Part shown: one piece after another, positions 16,118 to 24,345 of the stretch
Layout of the letters: each line of letters opens with the position of its first letter
Position numbering within the stretch: the stretch's first letter is position 1
Notes under the pieces: model-generated
Databases searched by the model: none
What the model was told of the DNA's origin: nothing
Seen by the model: the letters and a program-made list of their open reading frames with translations, nothing else
Program-made: the position numbers and the translations under genes
Assembly (NCBI GenBank): GCA_964409875.1
Contig: CAYPEN010000002.1
Location: forward strand, 274,630 to 338,629
DNA from: an uncultured Gammaproteobacteria bacterium
GTDB lineage: Bacteria; Patescibacteriota; Microgenomatia; Levybacterales; GWA1-39-11
Direction: 5' to 3'
DNA length: 64,000 nt

Positions 16118-18529
16118 TTATAAATTTCCCCCAAATCCTCCGTCTTTTCCCGGCAATTTATCCTGCGGGCTGTCTCCCAGCACTTCAAATAATCGCGAAC
16201 GCTTTGCAATTTCTTGGTCGACCAAATTCCTATCTCTGCCGTATTTGAGACGGGAGAGCTCGCGGATAAGTTCTGCAACTCTCGGGTTTTCTTTTTTCTT
16301 ATCCTCTTCAATATTGCGGGTCAAATCCAGAGAAAACGGAGGTGTCGGGTCTCCTCCGACAAGCGTTTTAACATACGCATGATACCGCTCTACATTGATA
16401 AGGTCTCCTTCATTGAATGTTGGTTGGAATTCATGCTGCAGATAATTTGCGTCGGTGACTCCTACCCGAAATGAAGCAATTGTTCCGACGTTTCCAAAAA
16501 TAGCGTTTTTGACATCCTCCTCAATTTGTCCTATGAACTGGTTCGCAACCGTCAGGTTGAGCCGGTATTTCCGTGCCTCTGACAAAATCTGAGCAAAATC
16601 AGGGGTGGCAAAATTCTGGAACTCATCAACATAGAGGAAGAAATCTTTCCTGTCTTTCTGCTCCATGTCTTGCCTGCTCATAGCCGCGACCAACAGCTTT
16701 GGTACAAGAATAAGACCCAAAAAGCTTGAGTTCTCTTCCCCGATGCGGCCTTTATTCAGGGAGATAAGAAGAATTTTTTGGTTGTCCATGACCTCTCTAA
16801 AATTGAAAGCGCTTTCCGACTGGCCGATGATATTCCTCATCATCTTGTTGGTTACGAAACGTCCGAATTTACTGACAATATAGTCAAGTGTTTCTGACTT
16901 ATGAAAGTCGGACGTTTGGGCAATTTGGTCCGTCCAGTAGCGCCTGACCATTGGGTCATCAACTTTCGGCAATAATTCCTGGACGAATGACATATCCGTC
17001 AGGGCTCTTACAACCTCAACAAATGTATTCCCCTTCTCAGCCATAACAGTCAGCATCGCATTTCTGACAGAGTGCTCGAAGCGGGGTCCGATGATACCTG
17101 TTTTCTGCGGATCGTACAACTTATACATTAGGTTAATAATTGAGGACGTGACAAAGTGTTTCTGGTCTTCGGTGTCGGCTTCCAACATATTAAGCCCCAT
17201 TGGGCGTTCCGTATCGGACGGGTCAAAAAGTATGACGTCTTCTGCGCGCTGGGGGGGGACAAGAGTCAAAATGTCATCGATAAGGTCGCCATGTGGGTCA
17301 ATAACCGCAACCCCTTTACCGGCGCGAATGTCCTGCATTATCATATCCTTTAAAAATTCTGATTTTCCGACACCGGTCTTTCCGATGATATACATATGCC
17401 TTCTCCTGTCATCGTCTCCGATATACACTGATTTTACTTGTCCACGGAACAGACTTTTTCCAATATATAGTCCCTCTGTTGGAATATTTGCAGGAGCCGG
17501 GGCAGTGCGAGCAGCGAGCCAATTAATATAGGGACTTTCAACACTTTTATTGGGAAAATGGAAAACAGTTGCAAGTTCTTCGGTTGTAAGGACAGTGCCT
17601 TTGTCAAAAAGTGGAAGGTGTCTATAAATAAAATCTACCATCAACATGCTTTTGAAAAATTTAGGCTCCGCCTTGGTAAAGGAATTATAGGGAGAAGAGA
17701 ATTGGGTGAATGAGCCTTCAATATTCGAAAGATGGGCTTCCGCAGCTTCTTTTGTGGATGAGGCGACAACCACACGTATAAAAGTAAGAAAGCCTGGCTT
17801 TGTGATTTTTTGTTCAATTGCCTCCAATTCCTTCGGGTCGGTTGAGTACTTTGCCGTTTCTGGATTTGACTCCTGTTTTTTCTTGTCCGTCACAAATGTT
17901 CTTCCGGCTTTTTTCCATTCGTCTCCTGCATTGGCGATGACAAATTGGACAGCCGCTGACTCACCTTCCTGCATTTTCCCAAGGGTTGCGGTAATTGTAG
18001 ACAGGGGATCGAGCGCAAAATCTTTATAGGTTTTTATCGGTTTGAATCCTTCCTTTTTGAGTGTAAATCCGGCGAATGCGACTTTTCCTTCGTTTTCAAA
18101 AATATTATAATCATCAACTTCTTTTATCTGTGCGTCAGGATATGCTCCATTGATTTGTTTTTCGACCATGTCTTGCAGTTTTCTGGGAACACCAACATAA
18201 AACCTTATGTCTTGCGGTTTGGCAACTATCTCAAATGTAATGCTATCTCCAACCTTCGTGAAAGCAAATAGTCCTTTTGGGGCTTTAAGGGAGGCAAAAC
18301 TGGAAAAAAGTTGTTCAGCAGCATCAATCTTTATTTCGTTATCTCGCGGAAGGCTTATCTCAAGAAGTGTTGAATCAAGCGATTTTTTGTGCCGCTCTTT
18401 TGCACGCCTCCAGATGCCATAAAAATATATTGCAGCAATGCTACCTGCTGCAACCAGGCTTATAACAAGTAGCGACCCCATCCCAACCAGGAGAAGATTC
18501 AAAATTGTTTGTGTATTAATGATATTCAT
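16118..18529 (-). CDS. FtsK/HerA/VirD4(TraG/TraD)-superfamily membrane-anchored ATPase (type IV coupling-protein-like)
   Basis: N-terminal TM helix. Walker A is IIGKTGVGKSEF followed by AVIDPHGDL. Walker B with the arginine region is FLYVDEFQNFATP...ARKYRLNLTVANQ. A roughly 330-aa N-terminal extension precedes the ATPase. Confidence 0.65.
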   Translation of the reverse strand: MNIINTQTILNLLLVGMGSLLVISLVAAGSIAAIYFYGIWRRAKERHKKSLDSTLLEISLPRDNEIKIDAAEQLFSSFASLKAPKGLFAFTKVGDSITFEIVAKPQDIRFYVGVPRKLQDMVEKQINGAYPDAQIKEVDDYNIFENEGKVAFAGFTLKKEGFKPIKTYKDFALDPLSTITATLGKMQEGESAAVQFVIANAGDEWKKAGRTFVTDKKKQESNPETAKYSTDPKELEAIEQKITKPGFLTFIRVVVASSTKEAAEAHLSNIEGSFTQFSSPYNSFTKAEPKFFKSMLMVDFIYRHLPLFDKGTVLTTEELATVFHFPNKSVESPYINWLAARTAPAPANIPTEGLYIGKSLFRGQVKSVYIGDDDRRRHMYIIGKTGVGKSEFLKDMIMQDIRAGKGVAVIDPHGDLIDDILTLVPPQRAEDVILFDPSDTERPMGLNMLEADTEDQKHFVTSSIINLMYKLYDPQKTGIIGPRFEHSVRNAMLTVMAEKGNTFVEVVRALTDMSFVQELLPKVDDPMVRRYWTDQIAQTSDFHKSETLDYIVSKFGRFVTNKMMRNIIGQSESAFNFREVMDNQKILLISLNKGRIGEENSSFLGLILVPKLLVAAMSRQDMEQKDRKDFFLYVDEFQNFATPDFAQILSEARKYRLNLTVANQFIGQIEEDVKNAIFGNVGTIASFRVGVTDANYLQHEFQPTFNEGDLINVERYHAYVKTLVGGDPTPPFSLDLTRNIEEDKKKENPRVAELIRELSRLKYGRDRNLVDQEIAKRSRLFEVLGDSPQDKLPGKDGGFGGNL

Positions 18530-18750
18530 ATATTTTTTTCTTCAAATTGACTTTCATCTATCAGGCGCCCTTCTTCGTGTTGAGCCAATTCGCCTACCGT
18601 TTGTCCTTGGATAAGATGGACGGTTTCCTCAAGGCGTTTGTGGTGTTGTCCCTCATGATGTGTTGTTATTCCAACGATGTCAGTTTTGGGTATTACGGCA
18701 TCCGAAGCGTATGCCACAATTTCACGAAGCGTATCTACGGGCGCATTCAT
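18526..18750 (-). CDS. Small hypothetical protein, possibly co-transcribed with the ATPase (4-nt overlap)
   Basis: ORF-track entry, His/Glu-rich. No motif recognised. Confidence 0.3.
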   Translation of the reverse strand: MNAPVDTLREIVAYASDAVIPKTDIVGITTHHEGQHHKRLEETVHLIQGQTVGELAQHEEGRLIDESQFEEKNI

Positions 18751-18898
18751 ACGTATTTATAATACCATAGTAGCAATCTACCCACAATTTCGTACGCCTC
18801 ATAAATCCATCTCAAGACGCTTCCTTTTGAGCTTAAGTTTGATATAATGATACAACTTTGTAAGGGGCAGGTAGGGAAGCGGTATGGTGAAAATGGTT

Positions 18899-19091
18899 GG
18901 GAGGAGTCGCATGAAATCTCTTTGAGATGTTCTACGACTCTTAGATAAGAAATAAAGGAGGAGTCGCATGAGAAATCTCTTTGAGATGTTCTACGACTCT
19001 TAGATAAGAAACCAAGGAGGAGTCGCATAAGAACCTGGCATAAGACCAGAACCTTGTACGATCCTATTCGTTACACTCGGAGGAGTCGCAT
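18899..19091 (+). repeat. Array of four copies of GGAGGAGTCGCAT (the tRNA-Ser-GCT 5' end) at 58/58/63-nt spacing; the fourth copy is the start of the tRNA itself
   Basis: Copies start at about 18899, 18957, 19015 and 19079. Spacers 1 and 2 are near-identical (gaaatctctttgagatgttctacgactcttagataagaaa); spacer 3 is unrelated. Confidence 0.8.
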
Positions 19092-19169
19092 AGTTGGCCC
19101 ATTGCGGGGGGTTGCTAACCCCCTGAGCTCTTAAACAAGCTCGCGCAGGTTCGAATCCTGTCTCCTCCG
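19079..19169 (+). tRNA. tRNA-Ser, anticodon GCT (type II, long variable arm)
   Basis: Acceptor ggaggag/ctcctcc, 3-bp D-stem gca/tgc, anticodon stem ggggg/ccccc with loop ttgctaa, a roughly 21-nt variable arm, T-stem gcagg/cctgt with loop ttcgaat, discriminator g. Confidence 0.8.
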
Positions 19170-19214
19170 CATGAGTTTGAGTCGACAGGATTTGCTGTTT
19201 ATCAACAGAACGTC

Positions 19215-19231
19215 TCCTGTCTCCTCCGCAC
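19215..19231 (+). repeat. Direct copy of the tRNA-Ser(GCT) 3' end (tcctgtctcctccgca), about 50 nt downstream of the tRNA
   Basis: tctcctgtctcctccgca at 19214-19231 matches atcctgtctcctccgca at 19155-19171. Confidence 0.7.
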
Positions 19232-19233
19232 GC

Positions 19234-20835
19234 ATGAAGCGGATATTCCTACAGACATACGCATTCTTACTTTTCATTTTTCTTGTAGCTATTTTTTTCC
19301 GTCCGGTAACTGCAATCAATGACGATTTGGGGCGGCACATCCTTCTGGGGAATATAATACTTGCCAGTCACGCTGTCCCCTCCATAAATCTCTTGTCGTA
19401 CACGTTCTCCGGTTTTTCATTTATCAATACGACTTGGTTATACGAAGTGATTTCCGCACTTATTGTAAAAAGTTTTGGATTGAATGGCTTGCTTTTTGTA
19501 AGCTGCATTGCTGCAGTAAGCGCTTGTATGTATCAATTTCGTTATGTTGCTTCCCGTTTTCCGAAAATCTCTGTTGTTGCTATATCTACTCTTTTCTTGT
19601 TGCTTTTAAGTTTTCGTACGGACGTGCGTCCTGAAATCTTTAGCATGCTTTTTCTGTCGGTATTTACTGTTTCACTTTATCGGTATTTCGAAAAACCCAC
19701 ACGAAAAATTTTTTTTCTCATTCCCCTCGAAGCATTATGGGTAAATATGCATATTTATTTTTTTGCAGGTCCCCTTATTCTTGCAGTATTTATAATAGGA
19801 AGCTTTGATGGGAAATTGACGAAAAAAACAAAAGAACTGTTGATGGTTTTTGCCGGTGTTATAGCAATAACCCTTCTTAATCCAAATGGCATCAAGGGAG
19901 CTCTGTTTCCGCTGGTCGTTCTTCAGAATTATGGATTTCCCGTTGTTGAGAACCAAACAATTTTTACACTTTTTCGGATATATCAAAATCCTGCAATTTT
20001 CCTTCCATTAATAAGTATATTTTTGGTGGTGTTATTGATGTTTTTGGGAAGAACGAATGTGACAAGAAGGGACGTACTGCTTGTCACATGCTTTGGAATG
20101 CTTGCTCTTCTCAATTTTAGAAACGTCCTTCTTTTTATATTTACAACCTTTATATTTTCAGTTTCCCAACTGGATTTCGTTTTAAAAATATATAAAAAGC
20201 GAATTAAAAAATTCCCCCGAAATTCTTTTATAAGTCTGTACCCTTTAAGCCTCTTTTTTGTCGTGGTTTTAATTCTAAAATCCGTCAGTACTCATGGAGT
20301 TGGTTTTGGGGTGGTTGAGTACGGAAGGGAGAGTGTAAATTTTTTGCTGCAAAATAAAATTTCCGGTCCGATATATAACGATTTTAATATTGGAGGGTAT
20401 CTCTCATCCAGAATGTATCCGCAAAAAGTATTTGTAGACAATAGACCTGAAGCCTATCCAAAGAAATTTTTTACAGACTTTTATTTGCCGATGCAGAAAA
20501 ACCCGAAACTTTTTGAAACGTTGGATAGCAAATATAACTTCAATGCGATTATTGTTTCCCACTATGATGGGACAAATTACCCAAATCCATTGCTTCGGTA
20601 TTTTGCTCAAAACCCGCAATTTTCAATAGTATATTTAGACGGTTACGCAATGGTTTTGGTGAGAAATTCTCCAGACAACAAACAATTCATCGATAAACAT
20701 CAAATAAGAAAGGATACGTTGAATTTCAGCACTATAGTCGACCGCCAAGCCCTGCTTCGGTATCTATTGTTTTTAGAAAAAGAAGGCTGGTCAGATAAAG
20801 AAGAGCAGGTATTAAAACAGCTGGAAAACATGTAA
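19234..20835 (+). CDS. Polytopic membrane protein, possibly a GT-C-type glycosyltransferase
   Basis: At least 10 hydrophobic helices. A DD motif (AINDDLGRH) sits in the first extracytoplasmic loop, as in GT-C enzymes. A C-terminal soluble domain follows. The start was moved to the internal ATG at 19234 to clear the tRNA. Confidence 0.45.
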   Translation: MKRIFLQTYAFLLFIFLVAIFFRPVTAINDDLGRHILLGNIILASHAVPSINLLSYTFSGFSFINTTWLYEVISALIVKSFGLNGLLFVSCIAAVSACMYQFRYVASRFPKISVVAISTLFLLLLSFRTDVRPEIFSMLFLSVFTVSLYRYFEKPTRKIFFLIPLEALWVNMHIYFFAGPLILAVFIIGSFDGKLTKKTKELLMVFAGVIAITLLNPNGIKGALFPLVVLQNYGFPVVENQTIFTLFRIYQNPAIFLPLISIFLVVLLMFLGRTNVTRRDVLLVTCFGMLALLNFRNVLLFIFTTFIFSVSQLDFVLKIYKKRIKKFPRNSFISLYPLSLFFVVVLILKSVSTHGVGFGVVEYGRESVNFLLQNKISGPIYNDFNIGGYLSSRMYPQKVFVDNRPEAYPKKFFTDFYLPMQKNPKLFETLDSKYNFNAIIVSHYDGTNYPNPLLRYFAQNPQFSIVYLDGYAMVLVRNSPDNKQFIDKHQIRKDTLNFSTIVDRQALLRYLLFLEKEGWSDKEEQVLKQLENM

Positions 20836-20885
20836 TTCGCTTCAATAAACTCCCTCGGAATGATATAATCGTTAGACCAAATTAT

Positions 20886-21027
20886 TAGGAGAGGTCGCAT
20901 GAAATTTAGCAATGCTAAATATTCTCCGACCTGTTGTGATAAAAAATTTAGGAGAGGTCGCATAACAACCTTGCTTCGCAAGAACGTTGTCCGACTCTTC
21001 TTATTGCATTAGGAGAGGTCGCATAGT
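20886..21027 (+). repeat. Array of three copies of TTAGGAGAGGTCGCAT (the tRNA-Ser-TGA 5' end) at 64/60-nt spacing; the third copy is the start of the tRNA
   Basis: Copies lie at about 20886, 20950 and 21010. The spacers differ but share cgactctt with the spacers of the other tRNA-Ser array. Confidence 0.8.
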
Positions 21028-21094
21028 GGTCGAGTGCAGCGGTCTTGAAAACCGCCAAGCGAAAGCTTCGAGGGTTCGAATCCCTCCCTCTCCG
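21012..21094 (+). tRNA. tRNA-Ser, anticodon TGA (type II)
   Basis: Acceptor ggagagg/cctctcc, D-stem gca/tgc, anticodon stem gcggt/accgc with loop cttgaaa, long variable arm, T-stem gaggg/ccctc with loop ttcgaat, discriminator g. Confidence 0.8.
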
Positions 21095-21158
21095 CACCTT
21101 CATATTCCCTCCCGTCATTCCTCTTGTGTTTTTCCCATTTTTCTTTTACAGTTGATAT

Positions 21159-21647
21159 ATGAGGCTAAAAATTACGAGAACAGAATTTCCTTTGCTTGTT
21201 TTTTCAATTCTCCTGCCGCAGCTTGTAGGGACCGTTGGCGCTTTTTTTACCTTTTCATCAATTGCCAGTTGGTATATGTATTTGGAAAAACCCGGGTTTA
21301 CTCCCCCCGATTGGGTTTTCGGTCCGGTGTGGTCGACACTCTATATTTTGATGGGTATATCGCTTTTTTTGGTAGTAAGACATTCTATGAATGGGAAAAA
21401 TATCCGTGCGGTACAGATATTTTTTCTACAACTTTTTTTAAACCTTCTTTGGTCGATAGTCTTTTTTGGCTCCCACTCAATAGGTGGTGGATTGGTAGTC
21501 ATTATTGTCATGTGGTTTCTTATTGTTATAACAATTCTTAAATTTGCAAAACATTCAGGTTATGCGGCGCTCCTTCTCCTCCCGTATCTTGCTTGGGTTA
21601 CTTTTGCGACCTATCTTAACTTTGTCATCTTCATGCTTAATTCATGA
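21159..21647 (+). CDS. tspO: TspO/MBR family tryptophan-rich sensory protein
   Basis: PPDWVFGPVWSTLYILMGIS and LPYLAWVTFATYLN are signature TspO blocks. Five TM helices. Confidence 0.8.
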   Translation: MRLKITRTEFPLLVFSILLPQLVGTVGAFFTFSSIASWYMYLEKPGFTPPDWVFGPVWSTLYILMGISLFLVVRHSMNGKNIRAVQIFFLQLFLNLLWSIVFFGSHSIGGGLVVIIVMWFLIVITILKFAKHSGYAALLLLPYLAWVTFATYLNFVIFMLNS

Positions 21648-22849
21648 AGACTAACCGGATCCAATACACACAGGTATATTCCTGCCTTCTCTTTTTATTA
21701 TTTGTATTGTGGTTAGCAATTTCTATACTGCATGGAATTGTTACTTTACCTACTGAAGGTGACAGCGTAAATTTACATATCCCTCTTGCCAAGTCTTTGT
21801 TTAGTAGTCGAATGTTCCACCCTAATCCTCAAGACATCCTTTACCCTGCGGCAATAGAATCTCTATTATTTGTGTTTATAAAATTAAATTTGCCGCTTAA
21901 TCTTTTCAATCTCTGCGGTGTAATAGGTTTATTCATTGGTTCTTTTTTGTTGGGTAGACGATTAAAGTTTGATTCGTCAATGTCCGTTGCATTTGCCACT
22001 TCTGTGGTTTTGCTTCACGGTATTGTGAGGTGGTCTCAAACACAAAAACCTGATATTTGGATGCTCGTTTTTTTCGTATTATTGCTTTGGGGTTTGTTGA
22101 AAGAAAAAAAAGGGCTATGGGACTATCTTCTTCTTGGCATATTTTCTGGTTTTTTTGTAGGTGCAAAATTTACAGCTCCGGTTTTTTTCCTTATAACGCT
22201 TTTTATATTCCGTAAAAATTTTTTTTCATCTATAACCTTATATAAAGGTCTAATATTTTTCCTCCCCCTCTTTGTAATAGGATGTTTTTGGTATATCAGA
22301 AACTATTTCTTTATAGGGAGCCCGGTGTATCTTGAGGGTTACTCATTTATTTCAGGAAAAACAATAACTCCGCTAACAGATCATGCATGGAGGGGATATA
22401 TATTTTTCCCACATCTGGTCTTGAATGCATACATTTCTGAATACTTAATATGGGGGTTCGGTCTTATATTTATTCCTATTTGGCTTTTTTATCGTAAGAA
22501 TGTAAAGGGCCGGTCATTCATTTTCCGTTATTTCTTTATTGCAATTGCTGTTTTATTTATTTCATTCATTTTACCTTTTTGGAGTACTTACTCACAAATT
22601 GTAGGAACAATGAGATACACATTCCCTATGTCTTTTTTGATTATTCTTTGTATGTATATGATTGCCAAAAAGGAAAAAAAGGAGGTTGTTTTGATGCAAG
22701 TTTCTCTGGTTGTTTGCATTATCTCAATATACCCGGATTACCACCCAAAGCTAATATTTGTTTTTGTACCATTAGTAATACTCTATTATTATAGGTATTC
22801 AATATTTAAACTCGTAAGAACTAAGATAAGAGCCTTGAATTTTCTCTAA
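21644..22849 (+). CDS. Polytopic membrane protein (possible glycosyltransferase-like)
   Basis: More than 10 hydrophobic helices. No catalytic motif recognised. Confidence 0.4.
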   Translation: MKTNRIQYTQVYSCLLFLLFVLWLAISILHGIVTLPTEGDSVNLHIPLAKSLFSSRMFHPNPQDILYPAAIESLLFVFIKLNLPLNLFNLCGVIGLFIGSFLLGRRLKFDSSMSVAFATSVVLLHGIVRWSQTQKPDIWMLVFFVLLLWGLLKEKKGLWDYLLLGIFSGFFVGAKFTAPVFFLITLFIFRKNFFSSITLYKGLIFFLPLFVIGCFWYIRNYFFIGSPVYLEGYSFISGKTITPLTDHAWRGYIFFPHLVLNAYISEYLIWGFGLIFIPIWLFYRKNVKGRSFIFRYFFIAIAVLFISFILPFWSTYSQIVGTMRYTFPMSFLIILCMYMIAKKEKKEVVLMQVSLVVCIISIYPDYHPKLIFVFVPLVILYYYRYSIFKLVRTKIRALNFL

Positions 22850-22873
22850 AAAAAGTCTATTCTTAACCTCCTC

Positions 22874-24298
22874 ATGACTTTTGATAATCTTGCGATTCTT
22901 GATGTTGAAACGACTGGGGCAACTGCCTCATACGACCGTATTATTGAAATAGGTCTTCTGAGAATTGAAAATGGAAAAGTAGTCAAAAAGCTCGATACGC
23001 TCCTCAATCCTGAAGTTACTCTTTCTCCCTTTATTGAAGGGCTTACCGGAATTGCCAGCCGGGATTTGGAAAGTGCACCGCTTTTTTCTGACATCAAAAA
23101 TGAGATTGTTGAGATACTTGACGGATGTGTTTTTGTGGCACATAACGCAAGGTTCGATTATTCATTTGTACGGCAGGAGTTAAGACGCATTGGGATTCCC
23201 TATTCTGCAAAACAGCTATGTACCGTCAAATTATCGCGCCTTCTCTATCCTTCTTTTTCACATCACAATTTGGACAGCATTATAGAGCGGTTTGAAATTG
23301 AGTGCAAGAGAAGGCACCGGGCATATGATGACGCATTCGTATTGTGGGAGTTTTTAAATAAATTAGAAGATAGTATAGGGGAGGAAAAATTAGAAAAAGC
23401 GTTTAAGACAATTCTTAAAAAACCCTCTCTTCCCCCTCTTCTTAAAAATAAAGATATTGATGGGTTGCCGGAGCAGGCAGGAGTTTATATGTTTTTTGGA
23501 AAAAGTGAAATACCTTTATATATAGGAAAGAGCATCAATATAAAAGAGCGCGTACTTTCGCATTTTATCAATGACACCGATTCATCAACAGAACTTGAAA
23601 TCAGTCAGCAAGTCGAGCGCATCGAAACGGTTAAAACAGCAGGCGAATTATCCGCCCTACTTCTTGAGTCTGAGCTCATCAAGAAATTACAGCCTATATA
23701 TAATAGGAAGCTACGCTACGCCAGAAAGCTGACTTATCTTAAAAAGCACACTACTCCCGACGGGTATTTTACAGTTGAGTTGCGTCATGGAGAGGAAATA
23801 AAAGCCGATGAGTTGGAAGAGGTATTGGGGATTTTCAAAAGTAAGAAATCTGCCAAAGAACATTTGGCGCATCTGGTCAAAGAGCATTCCCTCTGCGAAA
23901 ATCTTTTGGGTTTACAAAAAACAATAAAGCCATGTTTTTCCTACCGGCTTGGGTGGTGCAAAGGGGCATGTGCAAAAAAAGAAAAGTCCGCGCTGTATAA
24001 CGCACGGTTTATTTTGGCATTTGGCAAAACAAAGTTGCGCGCCTGGCCATTTTCAGGACCCATTGTTATAAAAGAGAAAAGCGAAGACATTGAGGAGGGG
24101 TTAGTTTTTGACAAGTGGTGTTACTTGGGAAAATATTCTGAAGTTATGTATGAAGAGACTCCTGATGCAATTGCTGTTTCGGACTTTGATGTCTATAAAA
24201 TATTAACGTCGTTTTTAAAGGACCCAACTAATCACAAGAAAATTACAACATTAAAGAATTCAAAAGTATTACAAAACACCACAACTCCATTTATATAA
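22874..24298 (+). CDS. DnaQ-family 3'-5' exonuclease fused to a GIY-YIG nuclease domain (Cho/UvrC-homologue-like)
   Basis: Exo I/II/III motifs are ILDVETTG, FVAHNARFD and YDDA. The GIY-YIG block GVYMFFGKSEIPLYIGKSINIKERVLSHF follows. Confidence 0.7.
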   Translation: MTFDNLAILDVETTGATASYDRIIEIGLLRIENGKVVKKLDTLLNPEVTLSPFIEGLTGIASRDLESAPLFSDIKNEIVEILDGCVFVAHNARFDYSFVRQELRRIGIPYSAKQLCTVKLSRLLYPSFSHHNLDSIIERFEIECKRRHRAYDDAFVLWEFLNKLEDSIGEEKLEKAFKTILKKPSLPPLLKNKDIDGLPEQAGVYMFFGKSEIPLYIGKSINIKERVLSHFINDTDSSTELEISQQVERIETVKTAGELSALLLESELIKKLQPIYNRKLRYARKLTYLKKHTTPDGYFTVELRHGEEIKADELEEVLGIFKSKKSAKEHLAHLVKEHSLCENLLGLQKTIKPCFSYRLGWCKGACAKKEKSALYNARFILAFGKTKLRAWPFSGPIVIKEKSEDIEEGLVFDKWCYLGKYSEVMYEETPDAIAVSDFDVYKILTSFLKDPTNHKKITTLKNSKVLQNTTTPFI

Positions 24299-24345
24299 TA
24301 TTGTTTCGCTTTACATCTCAAGTACTCTTTGCTTAACTAAATAAT

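Noticed and set aside
18905-19000. Mini-ORFs created by GGAGG-N6-ATG in each array repeat (M-K-S-L-stop, and 11-aa and 38-aa peptides)
   Set aside because: The peptides are not conserved between copies (a 2-nt indel shifts the frame between spacers 1 and 2). The SD-like sequence is simply the tRNA acceptor stem.
18899-21027. CRISPR-like periodic arrays (13-16 nt repeats at about 60-nt spacing) upstream of both tRNA-Ser genes
   Set aside because: The repeats are identical to the cognate tRNA 5' ends, far shorter than CRISPR repeats, there are only 3-4 units, two spacers are near-identical, and no cas genes are present. They are reported as tRNA-end repeat arrays instead.
20987-21541. ORF-track entry, 184 aa on the plus strand
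   Set aside because: It overlaps tRNA-Ser(UGA) and the well-supported tspO gene in another frame. Spurious.
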